A stretch of DNA of 32,000 nt from Mycolicibacterium smegmatis. Its GTDB lineage: Bacteria > Actinomycetota > Actinomycetes > Mycobacteriales > Mycobacteriaceae. Each line of letters starts with the position of its first letter. Position 1 is the stretch's first letter. Where the stretch lies: the NCBI RefSeq assembly GCF_001457595.1, contig NZ_LN831039.1, forward strand, positions 2,250,001-2,282,000. The letters run 5' to 3'. Position numbers and translations under genes: made by a program. Below are positions 16,541-25,442 of this stretch, in pieces. The notes below the pieces were generated by a model that made no database searches, had not been told where the DNA came from, and saw only the letters and a list, made by a program, of their open reading frames with translations.

Positions 16541-17698
16541 ATGCTGCTGACCGCCGACACCGTGCTCACCGGCACCGAACTGCTGCGGCCCGGCTGGCTG
16601 GAGATCGCCTCTGACCGCGTGGTCGCGGTGGGTGCCGGAGCCCCGCCCGCGCAGGCCGATCGGAACCTCGGCGCGGCCACCGTGGTCCCCGGCTTCGTCG
16701 ACACCCACCTGCACGGCGGGGGTGGCGGCAACTTCTCCGCCGCCACCGACGACGAGACCGCCAGGGCGGTCGCGCTGCACCGCGCCCACGGCAGCACCAC
16801 GCTGGTGGCCTCCCTGGTCACGGCCGGGCCCGAGGACCTGCTGCGCCAGGTCTCCGGTCTGGCACGGCAGGTGCGCGCCGGACTGATCGACGGTATCCAT
16901 CTCGAGGGTCCGTGGTTGTCGACCCTGCGGTGCGGCGCCCACCAGCCGGTCCTGATGCGCGACCCCGACCCGGGCGAGATCGGCCGGGTGCTCGACGCGG
17001 GCGAGGGGACCGTCCGCATGGTCACCATCGCGCCGGAGCGCGACGGCGCACTCGCGGCCATCGCGCAGCTCGTAAATGCCGGGGTGGTCGCCGCGGTCGG
17101 GCACACCGAGGCGACGTATGACCAGACGCGGGCCGCGATCGACGCGGGCGCCACGGTGGGCACGCATCTGTTCAACGCGATGCGCCCGATCGACCGCCGC
17201 GAACCCGGGCCTGCCGTCGCGCTGACCGAGGATTCACGGGTCACCGTCGAGATGATCGTCGACGGGGTACACGTGGCGCCCGCGATCTATCGCCACATCA
17301 CACAGACCGTTGGGCCGGAACGGCTTTCGCTGATCACCGATGCGATGGCCGCCACCGGGATGTCTGACGGTGTGTACCGCCTCGGACCGCTCGACATCGA
17401 CGTCGTGGCGGGTGTGGCGCGCGTGGCAGGTACCGACACCATCGCCGGGAGCACCGCGACCATGGAGCAGGTGTTCCGCCTCGCGGTGGCGCACTGCGGT
17501 TTGCCCCGCGACGACGCACTGTCGCTCGCCGTCCGCCAGGCGTGTGTCAACCCGGCTCGCGCGCTCGGACTGCCCGCGGCGGGGTTGGCCGCAGGTGCCC
17601 GCGCCGACCTCGTGGTGCTCGATCACGACCTCGCTGTCACGGCCGTGATGCGGGCAGGGGAGTGGGTCGTGACCCCCGGCGCGGCGCACACGGTGTGA
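16541..17698 (+). CDS. nagA: N-acetylglucosamine-6-phosphate deacetylase
   Basis: VVPGFVDTHLHGGGGGNF, GIHLEGPWLS, VGHTEATYDQ, GTHLFNAM, LITDAMAATGM. Starts 1 nt after the nagB stop. Confidence 0.94.
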   Translation: MLLTADTVLTGTELLRPGWLEIASDRVVAVGAGAPPAQADRNLGAATVVPGFVDTHLHGGGGGNFSAATDDETARAVALHRAHGSTTLVASLVTAGPEDLLRQVSGLARQVRAGLIDGIHLEGPWLSTLRCGAHQPVLMRDPDPGEIGRVLDAGEGTVRMVTIAPERDGALAAIAQLVNAGVVAAVGHTEATYDQTRAAIDAGATVGTHLFNAMRPIDRREPGPAVALTEDSRVTVEMIVDGVHVAPAIYRHITQTVGPERLSLITDAMAATGMSDGVYRLGPLDIDVVAGVARVAGTDTIAGSTATMEQVFRLAVAHCGLPRDDALSLAVRQACVNPARALGLPAAGLAAGARADLVVLDHDLAVTAVMRAGEWVVTPGAAHTV

Positions 17699-17766
17699 CC
17701 GCAAGTTGAATCCAAGCCTCGCAGAAGAACTTTCCCGTTCAAGCACTCACCGAACCGGGCGCGCGG

Positions 17767-17782
17767 AACCGCCGCGGCGGTT
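17767..17782. repeat. Perfect 16-bp palindrome AACCGCCGCGGCGGTT between nagA and the LuxR gene
   Basis: Read directly from the sequence. Could be the nagA terminator stem or a binding site for the downstream gene. Confidence 0.4.
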
Positions 17783-17837
17783 ATCTTCAGCAGCGTAAAG
17801 TCGGCGCGTCGACGCGGGGAGCGCTTGGGGGTGGTCG

Positions 17838-20456
17838 ATGTCGGGCTGGCCGTTCGTCGGGCGGGATGACGAGCTCCGTGAGGCGGCAGAAGCCTTGCGG
17901 GACAGTTCACGTGGCGTCGTGCTGGCGGGGCCCTCCGGCGTCGGCAAGACCGCACTGGCGCGAGCGCTGGCCGGTCAGCTCGAAACCGAGGGATACACGA
18001 TCCGTTACGTGCTGGGCACCGAGACCGGCCAGGCCGTGCCGTTCGGCGCGTTCCACCACACGCTGGAGTTGTCCGACGCGCACGAGCCCACCGTGATGCT
18101 GGCCGCCGCGCACCACACCCTGTCCGCCGACCCGAATGTCCTCATCGTCGTCGACGACGCACAGTACCTGGACCCGCTCTCCGCGCTGCTGGTGCAGCAG
18201 CTCGCGGTGCACGGATCCATCAAGCTGATCGTGACCATGCGTTCAGGTGCCACGACGTCCGACGCGGTGACGGCCCTGTGGAAAGAACACCTGCTGGTGC
18301 GCCTGGACGTGGAGCCGTTCAGCCGCGCACAGACCTCCGAGGTGGCATCGACGGTGCTGGGCGGCGAGGTCGACGAACACGCGGTCGCCGAGTTGCATCG
18401 CTACTCGTCGGGCAGCCCGATGTTCCTGCGTGGCGTACTCACGGCCGCGATGGGCGACGGGGTGTTGGTGCAGGCCCACGGCAGGTGGCGCCTGCGCGGC
18501 AACCTGCGTCCCAGTCCCGACCTCTACGAGCTGATCGCGTCGCGGGTACAGACCTTCAGCGCAGAAGAACTCGATGTCGCGGAGGTGGTCGCGACCGCCG
18601 ACATGCTCGATTGGCATGTGCTGCTGGCGATCTGCGGACCGGATGCGGTCGCGCGTGCCGAGCGCCGCGGCGCGATCCAGGTGACCAGCGCCGGCAGTCA
18701 TGCCGTGGTGCAGCCCGGACACCCCATCATCGGTGAGGTGGTGCGGTCACGATGTCCGGTGTCGCGGACCCGACAGATCAACACCCTGGTGGCAGAACAT
18801 CTCTCGGCGCAACTGCGGGTCGCCACCGACGCGTCGGCGGTGGATGTGCGGACCCGGATCCAGCTGGCACGCTTCATGACCCGCGCCGAATCGCCCCCGG
18901 ACACCGACCTCGTCACCGAGGCCGCGGCGAGCGCGGTGACCATGTCCGATCTGGTTCTCGGCGAACAACTTGCGCGCTTCGCCGTCGAGCACGGCGCCGG
19001 GGTGAACGCGGCGCTGGTGCTCGCCGACGCGATCAGCTGGCAGGGGCGCGGCGACGAGGCCGACGCGCTGCTGGCACGATTCCCGCCCGACGGTGAGGAC
19101 GACCTGACCGTCACCCGCTGGGGGTGCCAGCGTGCGGCCAACCTGTTCTTCGTGTGCGGGCGCCCGGAACCCGCGTGGGAGGTGCTCGCGAAGACCCGAG
19201 ACGCGGTGGGCTCGGAAAAACTCGCGGGATTCGTGACCGCCATGGAGGTCGCGTTCACCTACTTCTCGGCCGACATGGCCGGTGCCGCGGCCGCCGGGTC
19301 CGCCGCGCTGGCGACCGAGATGATGCCCGCGGCTACGGTGTGGGTCGCGTTGGCCACCGCGGGCGCACTGGCCAAGTCCGGCCGGTTCAGCGAGGTCGCT
19401 GCCGTGGTGCGGACCGGCGAGCGCGCGGCGAGCCGCTGCGAGTCAGGCCCGCACCGCTACTCGCTGCCGCTCGCGGAGGTGCTCGCGGGCACGCTGGCCG
19501 GCGAGTTCGACGACGCCCAGCGGGCCTGCGACCGGTATGCCGCGGCCAGCTCGGGCATACCGCAGGCCGACGTCATGGTGACGGCCCTGGCGGGGCGGAT
19601 GAAGCTGGCCCGGGGCCAACTCGAGGACGCCTGTGAACTGCTGCAGGCGGCCGTGTGGTCGATGGCCGCGAAGCTGCCGCCCGGGTGGCCGATGCTGGTT
19701 GCGTCGTGGCTGGCGCAGGCCGAGGGAGCCCGCGGCAACGCCGAGGCCGCGGACGTCGCACTTACCAAGGCCGAGGCCGAAGTCGGGCCCCAGGTCGAGG
19801 TGTTCGCACCCGAGCTCGAACTGGCACGCGCGTGGCGGGCCGCCGCGGCCGGTGAGACGTCACGAGCCCAGCACCATGCGGTGCTCGCGGCGCAGAACGC
19901 TCACGCCGCGGGAATGACCGCCGTCGAACTGACGGCCCTGCACACCTCGACGCGGTTCGGGGACCGCACCGTCGACGCCCGGATACAGCAGCTGGCCACC
20001 GAACTCGACTGCCCACTGGGTGAGGCGATCGCGCTGCACAGCTCCGGGCTGGCGGGCCATGACGGCCACCGGCTCGTCACCGCCGCCGACCGCTTCGAAC
20101 GCATCGGTGCGATGGTGCTGGCGGGCGACGCCGCCGCGCACGCGTCGCGGGAATTCGGCCGGCGGGGCGAGCGCGGCAACGAGCTGGAGGCCTCCACGCG
20201 GGCGCACTGGCTCGCGAGCCGGTGTGGGGCCGTCACGCCCGCGTTGCGGTGCGCCGCGGATCCCCTGCCGCTGACACCGCGCGAGTGGGAGATCGCCAAC
20301 CTGGTGAGCAGCGGGTTGAGCAATCGCCAGGTCGCCGACAGGCTGTGTCTGTCGGTGCGCACGGTGGACGGCCACCTGTACCGGATGTTCGCCAAACTCG
20401 GTGTGGCAGACCGTGATCAGCTGGCCAAGCTGATCCGGTTCCGGCCCGCGACCTGA
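17838..20456 (+). CDS. Large LuxR-family (LAL-type) ATP-binding transcriptional regulator
   Basis: N-terminal AAA: FVGRDDELREAAEALRDSSRGVVLAGPSGVGKTALARALA, Walker B VLIVVDDAQYLDPLS. C-terminal LuxR HTH: PLTPREWEIANLVSSGLSNRQVADRLCLSVRTVDGHLYRMFAKLGV. Confidence 0.93.
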   Translation: MSGWPFVGRDDELREAAEALRDSSRGVVLAGPSGVGKTALARALAGQLETEGYTIRYVLGTETGQAVPFGAFHHTLELSDAHEPTVMLAAAHHTLSADPNVLIVVDDAQYLDPLSALLVQQLAVHGSIKLIVTMRSGATTSDAVTALWKEHLLVRLDVEPFSRAQTSEVASTVLGGEVDEHAVAELHRYSSGSPMFLRGVLTAAMGDGVLVQAHGRWRLRGNLRPSPDLYELIASRVQTFSAEELDVAEVVATADMLDWHVLLAICGPDAVARAERRGAIQVTSAGSHAVVQPGHPIIGEVVRSRCPVSRTRQINTLVAEHLSAQLRVATDASAVDVRTRIQLARFMTRAESPPDTDLVTEAAASAVTMSDLVLGEQLARFAVEHGAGVNAALVLADAISWQGRGDEADALLARFPPDGEDDLTVTRWGCQRAANLFFVCGRPEPAWEVLAKTRDAVGSEKLAGFVTAMEVAFTYFSADMAGAAAAGSAALATEMMPAATVWVALATAGALAKSGRFSEVAAVVRTGERAASRCESGPHRYSLPLAEVLAGTLAGEFDDAQRACDRYAAASSGIPQADVMVTALAGRMKLARGQLEDACELLQAAVWSMAAKLPPGWPMLVASWLAQAEGARGNAEAADVALTKAEAEVGPQVEVFAPELELARAWRAAAAGETSRAQHHAVLAAQNAHAAGMTAVELTALHTSTRFGDRTVDARIQQLATELDCPLGEAIALHSSGLAGHDGHRLVTAADRFERIGAMVLAGDAAAHASREFGRRGERGNELEASTRAHWLASRCGAVTPALRCAADPLPLTPREWEIANLVSSGLSNRQVADRLCLSVRTVDGHLYRMFAKLGVADRDQLAKLIRFRPAT

Positions 20457-22883
20457 TCAGCCGAGCAGGTCACGCACCTCGGCGGGACCGGCGGCGGCCA
20501 GTGCCGCCCCCGCGGTCTCGGTGGCGCGCCGGTCGTCGACCGCGCGCACGGCCTCCTTGGTCGTCGGGATCGCCGGCGGCGTGACACTCAACGCGTCGAC
20601 ACCGAGGCCGATCAGCAACGGCACCGCGCGTGCATCGGCCGCGAACTCACCGCACACCGACACCGACGCCGCACCCGCGGCGCCGCGGCATGTCGCGGCG
20701 ATCAGGTGCAGCAACCCGGGATCGAACGTGTCGCCGATACCGGCCACGGCGTCGTTGTTGCGGTCCGCCGCCAGCGCGTACTGCGTCAGATCGTTGGTGC
20801 CGATGGACAGGAAGTCCACGTGGCGGGAGAACGCCGCCGATTTCAGTGCCGCGGCAGGGACTTCGACCATCATGCCGACCTGCAGGCCTGCCGGAGGTCG
20901 CGGGCCGGCCCGGCGCACCGCGTCGTCGAGCAGGCGGCGCGCGGCGAACAGTTCGTCGAGCGTGGTGATCATCGGGAACATCACGCGCAGCGGAATGTCC
21001 TGTGCGAGTTTGGCCATCGCGAGCAACTGGTCGGAGAACACGTCGGGGTGGGCGAGCGACAACCGGATGCCGCGCACCCCGAGGTATGGGTTGAGTTCGG
21101 CGGCGGCGGGGAGGAACTCCAGTGGTTTGTCACCGCCCACGTCGAGCGTGCGCAGCGTCATGCGGCGGTCCCCGAGCGACTCGGCGATCTTGCGGTACAC
21201 CGCGAGTTGTTCATCGACGTCGGGAGCCTGCCTACGGCCGAGGAACAGGAACTCGGTGCGGATCAGACCCGCGTGATCGGCACCGAGTGCGGCTGCCGCG
21301 CGCGCGTCCTCGACACCGGCGATGTTGGCGCCCACCGCGACGGTGCGGCCCCCTCGTGTGACCGCGGGCTCCCCGGCGCGCTGCAGCGCGGCCTGGCGTC
21401 GCCGCGTGAGGGTCTCGGCCTCGTGCCGGAACTGCTCGCGGACGTCGGCGGGCGGGTCCACGATGAACTCGCCGCGGGTCGCGTCCACGGCGACGACCGT
21501 GCCGTCGGGGATGCCGAGCACACCGGGGCCCGCGCCGACGATCACCGGTATTCCCTTGGCCCGCAGCAGGATCACGTTGTGCGCATGTGGGCTGCCGAAC
21601 GCCAGGAGCACCGCGACCACGCGCTGCGGATCGAGTTCGGCGGCCTCGGCCGGGGTGAGGTCACCGGCCACCAGCACACCGCTGGCCGCCGCCGCGTCGC
21701 CCTCGGTGCCGAGCATGGCCCGCAACACCTGGTCACCGACCGCACGGACATCCTCGGCACGGGCCTGCAGATACGGATCCGGCAGCGCGTCGAACTCCGC
21801 GGCCAGCGTGGCCACGGCTTGCGACCATGCGGCGGCGGCGTTTTCGCCCTGCTCGATGCGCGCACGTGCGGCGCCCAGCAGCGCGTCGTCGTCGAGCAGC
21901 AGTTGATGTGCGTCGAAGATCGACGCCTCGGCTTCACCTATGTCGCGGCTCGTCGCGGCCCGGAGTGCGCCGATGGTGCGGCGGGTGTCGGCGATCGCCG
22001 TGCCCAGTCGGCGCCACTCGGCAGCGGGGTCGGCCGCGGGGGCGTCCGGCACGTCGGGGGTCTGTGACCGTGCCGAATATGCCGGGCCGACACCCATTCC
22101 GGGGCCCGCGCCGATCGGGGTGTGCGCCGTTGCCGGTGCCGCAGGTGGTGCCTCGGTGTGGTCCTCGTCGAAATTGCGGGCCGCCAGGGAAAGGAGGTGC
22201 TGCAGGGTCTCGTGGGCCTGGCCGCCCGACACCCGCAGTTCGACCTCGTCGCCGCATCGCACCGCGAGGGTCGCGATGCGCGAGAGGCTGCCGCCGTCGA
22301 CCCAGGGGGAGTCGACGCGGGGGTTACGGATCCGCACCCGCGCGTCGCGGCGGCGGACCTCGGCGACGAACCGTGCGGCGGGACGGGCGTGCAGGCCATG
22401 CGGGTTGTTGACGACGAAGCTGCCGGTCAACTCGTCGGGCTCGGCGGTGTCGTCGGCCGGCGCCGGGGGTGTCGCCGGTTCGAGATGGGCGGCCTTGCCT
22501 GCCAACGCGCCTGCCGCCTCGGCGGCCACCTCGTCGAGCGCCGCGTCGCCCGCCGCCGCGACCGCCGCCACCACCAGTCCCTCGACCAGGGGCGCCGGGC
22601 ACAGCACGGTCCTGGCACGGACGTCGTCGTCGAGCAACTCCAGGGCGAGTTCGGCCGAAAGCACCGCGCTGCCCAGGTCCATCAACACCAGCACCCCGTC
22701 GCCGCTGTCGGCGGAGGTGATGGCCTCGAGGATCGCCGACGCGTCGGTGCCCAGCGTGGTGTCGTCGAGGCCGGCCGCGATCGAGATCCGGACGGCCTTG
22801 CCGTGCAACATCTCCTGCGCGAGTCCGACCGCCGCGCGTGCCAGGGGGCGGCTGTGGGAGACGACGACGATGCCGACCGTCAT
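20457..22883 (-). CDS. dhaM: Fused PTS phosphotransferase: DhaM EIIA - HPr - full-length Enzyme I
   Basis: 808 aa from ATG 22883: EIIA-DhaM (MTVGIVVVSHSRPLARAAVGL), HPr (VNNPHGLHARPAARFVAEVRRR), EI (GSPHAHNVILLRAKGIPVIVG, VMFPMITTLDE, MMVEVPAA, IGTNDLTQYALAADRNN, VCGEFAADARAVPLLIGLGVDALSV). Confidence 0.9.
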   Translation of the reverse strand: MTVGIVVVSHSRPLARAAVGLAQEMLHGKAVRISIAAGLDDTTLGTDASAILEAITSADSGDGVLVLMDLGSAVLSAELALELLDDDVRARTVLCPAPLVEGLVVAAVAAAGDAALDEVAAEAAGALAGKAAHLEPATPPAPADDTAEPDELTGSFVVNNPHGLHARPAARFVAEVRRRDARVRIRNPRVDSPWVDGGSLSRIATLAVRCGDEVELRVSGGQAHETLQHLLSLAARNFDEDHTEAPPAAPATAHTPIGAGPGMGVGPAYSARSQTPDVPDAPAADPAAEWRRLGTAIADTRRTIGALRAATSRDIGEAEASIFDAHQLLLDDDALLGAARARIEQGENAAAAWSQAVATLAAEFDALPDPYLQARAEDVRAVGDQVLRAMLGTEGDAAAASGVLVAGDLTPAEAAELDPQRVVAVLLAFGSPHAHNVILLRAKGIPVIVGAGPGVLGIPDGTVVAVDATRGEFIVDPPADVREQFRHEAETLTRRRQAALQRAGEPAVTRGGRTVAVGANIAGVEDARAAAALGADHAGLIRTEFLFLGRRQAPDVDEQLAVYRKIAESLGDRRMTLRTLDVGGDKPLEFLPAAAELNPYLGVRGIRLSLAHPDVFSDQLLAMAKLAQDIPLRVMFPMITTLDELFAARRLLDDAVRRAGPRPPAGLQVGMMVEVPAAALKSAAFSRHVDFLSIGTNDLTQYALAADRNNDAVAGIGDTFDPGLLHLIAATCRGAAGAASVSVCGEFAADARAVPLLIGLGVDALSVTPPAIPTTKEAVRAVDDRRATETAGAALAAAGPAEVRDLLG

Positions 22884-23512
22884 GAAGTGCTCCCCGCCGC
22901 GGTGGCCGCGGCCGCGATCAGCATGGCCGCCGACGTGGCACCGGGATCGATGTGCCCCACGCTGCGCTGACCCAGGTAACTGGCCCGGCCCTTGCGCGCG
23001 ATCATGGATTCGGTGGCGTCGCGGCCCTTCTCGGCGGCGGTGGCGGCGGCCGCCAGGGCGCCCGGCAGATCGGTGTCGCCTTCGAGCGCGGCGTCCAGGG
23101 CGTCGAGCGCGGGGGCCAGCGCGTCGAACATCGTCTTGTCGTTGGCCTCGGCGCGTCCGCGCTGGACGACACCGTCCACGCCGGCGCGCAGCGCCTTGGC
23201 GAAATCGCTTGCACTGACGGTGTCGTCGGTCCCGAGCGCCGGGGCCATCCGCAGGAAGAACGTGCCGTACAGCGGCCCGCTGGCGCCGCCGACCGATTTC
23301 ACGAGCGTCATCCCCACCTGTTTGCACAGGCCCGCCATGTCGGCCGGTGGGGCCTCGTCGATCTGTGTGACCACCGCGGACATCCCACGCTGCATGTTGA
23401 TGCCGTGGTCGGCGTCACCGATCGCGGCGTCGAGATCCGTGAGGTGCTGGGCATTTTCGTCGATCAGCCGGGCGTACTCGCGCAGCCAGGCGGTCAGTGT
23501 CGACAGGTCCAT
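22880..23512 (-). CDS. dhaL: Dihydroxyacetone kinase ADP-binding subunit DhaL
   Basis: DLDAAIGDADHGINMQRGM, GGASGPLYGTFFL, ARKGRASYLGQRSVGHIDPGATS. Confidence 0.95.
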   Translation of the reverse strand: MDLSTLTAWLREYARLIDENAQHLTDLDAAIGDADHGINMQRGMSAVVTQIDEAPPADMAGLCKQVGMTLVKSVGGASGPLYGTFFLRMAPALGTDDTVSASDFAKALRAGVDGVVQRGRAEANDKTMFDALAPALDALDAALEGDTDLPGALAAAATAAEKGRDATESMIARKGRASYLGQRSVGHIDPGATSAAMLIAAAATAAGSTS

Positions 23513-23513
23513 C

Positions 23514-24512
23514 TCAGCATCCCCTCCGCAGTGCCGGGGTGTTGACCGGGTGATCCCACAGTTGCAGCAGATCGTCGTCGGCCTTGAGGATGGTCACCGA
23601 ACAGCCCGCCATGTCCAGGCTCGTGATGTAGGGCCCGACGAGTGAGCGCGCGACGCGGATGCCCGCCTTGTCGAGGATGGCGGCGAATTCGGCGTACATG
23701 ACGTACAACTCGATGAGCGGGGTGGCGCCCATGCTGTTGACGAACAGGATCACCCCGTCGCCGCCGGTGAAGTCGAGGTCGGACAGCACCGGTTCGGCCA
23801 TGAGTTCGGCAACGGCCTTGGCCGGTTGCAACGGCACGCGGTCGCGCCCGGGTTCGCCGTGGATGCCTATACCGACCTCGATCTCGTCGTCGGGAAGGTC
23901 GAAGGTGGGGTGGCCCACGGCGGGCACGGTGCACGAGGTGAGGGCGACGCCCATGCTGCGGGAAGCGGCGTTCACCCGGCGTGCCACGTCGGCGACCTCG
24001 GTCACCGACCGGCCCTGTTCGGCTGCGGCCCCGGCGATCTTCTCCACGAGCACGGTCGCGCCGACCCCGCGGCGGCCCGCGGTGAACGTGCTGTCGCACA
24101 CCGCGACGTCGTCGTCGACCAGCACCGATTCGACGGTGATGCCCTCTGCGGCAGCGAGTTCCGCGGCCATCTCGAAGTTCATCACGTCACCGGTGTAGTT
24201 CTTCACGATGTGCACCACACCGGCGCCGCTGTCGACGTTCTTGGTGGCTTCGAGCATCTGGTCGGGGACCGGGGACGTGAACACCTCACCGGCGCAGGCC
24301 GCGTCGAGCATGCCCGCGCCCACGAAGCCGCCGTGCAGCGGTTCGTGACCCGAACCGCCACCCGAGATCAACCCGACCTTGCCTGCCACGGGCGCGTCGC
24401 CGCGGTAGATGATCCGGTTGGTGTGGTCGATGCGCAGTTCCGGGTGGGCAAATGCCATGCCGCGCAGGGCATCGGCGATCACATCGGCGGGATCGTTGAT
24501 GAGCTTTTTCAT
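23514..24512 (-). CDS. dhaK: Dihydroxyacetone kinase substrate-binding subunit DhaK
   Basis: MKKLINDPADVIADALRGMAFAHPEL, GLISGGGSGHEPLHGGFVGAGML, IVKNYTGDVMNF, GIGIHGEPG. Confidence 0.96.
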   Translation of the reverse strand: MKKLINDPADVIADALRGMAFAHPELRIDHTNRIIYRGDAPVAGKVGLISGGGSGHEPLHGGFVGAGMLDAACAGEVFTSPVPDQMLEATKNVDSGAGVVHIVKNYTGDVMNFEMAAELAAAEGITVESVLVDDDVAVCDSTFTAGRRGVGATVLVEKIAGAAAEQGRSVTEVADVARRVNAASRSMGVALTSCTVPAVGHPTFDLPDDEIEVGIGIHGEPGRDRVPLQPAKAVAELMAEPVLSDLDFTGGDGVILFVNSMGATPLIELYVMYAEFAAILDKAGIRVARSLVGPYITSLDMAGCSVTILKADDDLLQLWDHPVNTPALRRGC

Positions 24513-24521
24513 GTGCCTTCC

Positions 24522-25289
24522 TCAGTTGGTCGCACTCGACATGGGCGGGGCGGAGACAGGGGCGGGGTTGCCGGCGGGGAGCGTGCGGGTGCGGGAGACC
24601 GCGACGAAGGCCAGCGCCGCGACCACACCCGCGAAGAGTTCGGCGGCCAGATAGACCGGTAGCTGACTCCACGTCACGGTGCCGCCGGCGATCTGCTGGA
24701 CCAGCATGGGACCGAAGGTGCGGGCGGGGTTGATCGAGGCGCCCGTGGTGGGCGCCACTGGGATGATCGCCGCGAACACCACGAGGCCGATGGCCACGCC
24801 GGCGAATCCTGCGGCGGCCCTGCGGTGTATCACTCCGAAAACGGTGAACACAAGAATGAACGTACCCACGAACTCTGCGAAAAAGGCTTGGATGGCCGTG
24901 ACATCTGCGGTGTAGGTCGCGATGCCCAGACCCGCGTCGCGGGCCGCCGTACCGAGCACGCCGAGAATGGCGCTGGCGCCGATGATCGCGCCGAGCACCT
25001 GCGCGGCGATGTAGGCAGGCACGCGCGACCACGGGAACTGGCCGGTCACGGCGAGCCCGACGGTGACCGCGGGGTTGATGTGATTGCCCGAGATGTGGCC
25101 CAGGGCGTACACGGTGGCCACGACCACCGTCGCGAATGCCAGGGAGATCATGCCCAGGTCGGCCATCGTGAAGGGGGCATCTCCGTTGACGATGATGGTC
25201 GCGGGGACGGCGCCCACCCCGACGAACACCAAGAAGGCCGTGCCGATCACCTCGGCGGCCAGTTTCTGGATCAATGACGGCTCGTCCAT
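24522..25289 (-). CDS. MIP-family channel (aquaporin / glycerol facilitator)
   Basis: Two NPA boxes (SGNHINPAVTVG and GASINPARTFGP) in a six-TM protein. SD gggagg 5 nt before ATG 25289. Confidence 0.9.
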   Translation of the reverse strand: MDEPSLIQKLAAEVIGTAFLVFVGVGAVPATIIVNGDAPFTMADLGMISLAFATVVVATVYALGHISGNHINPAVTVGLAVTGQFPWSRVPAYIAAQVLGAIIGASAILGVLGTAARDAGLGIATYTADVTAIQAFFAEFVGTFILVFTVFGVIHRRAAAGFAGVAIGLVVFAAIIPVAPTTGASINPARTFGPMLVQQIAGGTVTWSQLPVYLAAELFAGVVAALAFVAVSRTRTLPAGNPAPVSAPPMSSATN

Positions 25290-25348
25290 GACGTCCTCCC
25301 GGGACACGGCTGGCTACGGGAATCAGCGCTGTCGGTAATGTCGGATGG

Positions 25349-25367
25349 CATTCGATAATGTCGAATG
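25349..25367. promoter_or_regulatory. Candidate IclR-type operator CATTCGA-TAATG-TCGAATG
   Basis: 7-bp perfect inverted arms between the divergent MIP/dha operon and the IclR gene. TAATGTCG is also directly repeated 20 bp apart (25336-25343 and 25356-25363). Confidence 0.65.
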
Positions 25368-25442
25368 TGATCTGGACCATACGCTTATGCTTCGGTGACC
25401 ACAAGAGGTTCTGGCCGAAGTTCTGACGGAAGGGGGGTCGCC

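Noticed and set aside
20706-22067. 453 aa plus-strand ORF, plus 22122..22970 and 22324..22720 plus/minus ORFs
   Set aside because: Antisense to the dhaM-HPr-EI fusion, whose domains are unmistakable. Arg/Pro/Gly/Ala-rich translation with no motifs is typical of shadow ORFs in high-GC DNA.
22884-23327. 148 aa N-terminal extension of the DhaM fusion ORF
   Set aside because: Lies fully over dhaL in another frame; DhaM begins canonically MTVGIVVVSHS at 22883.
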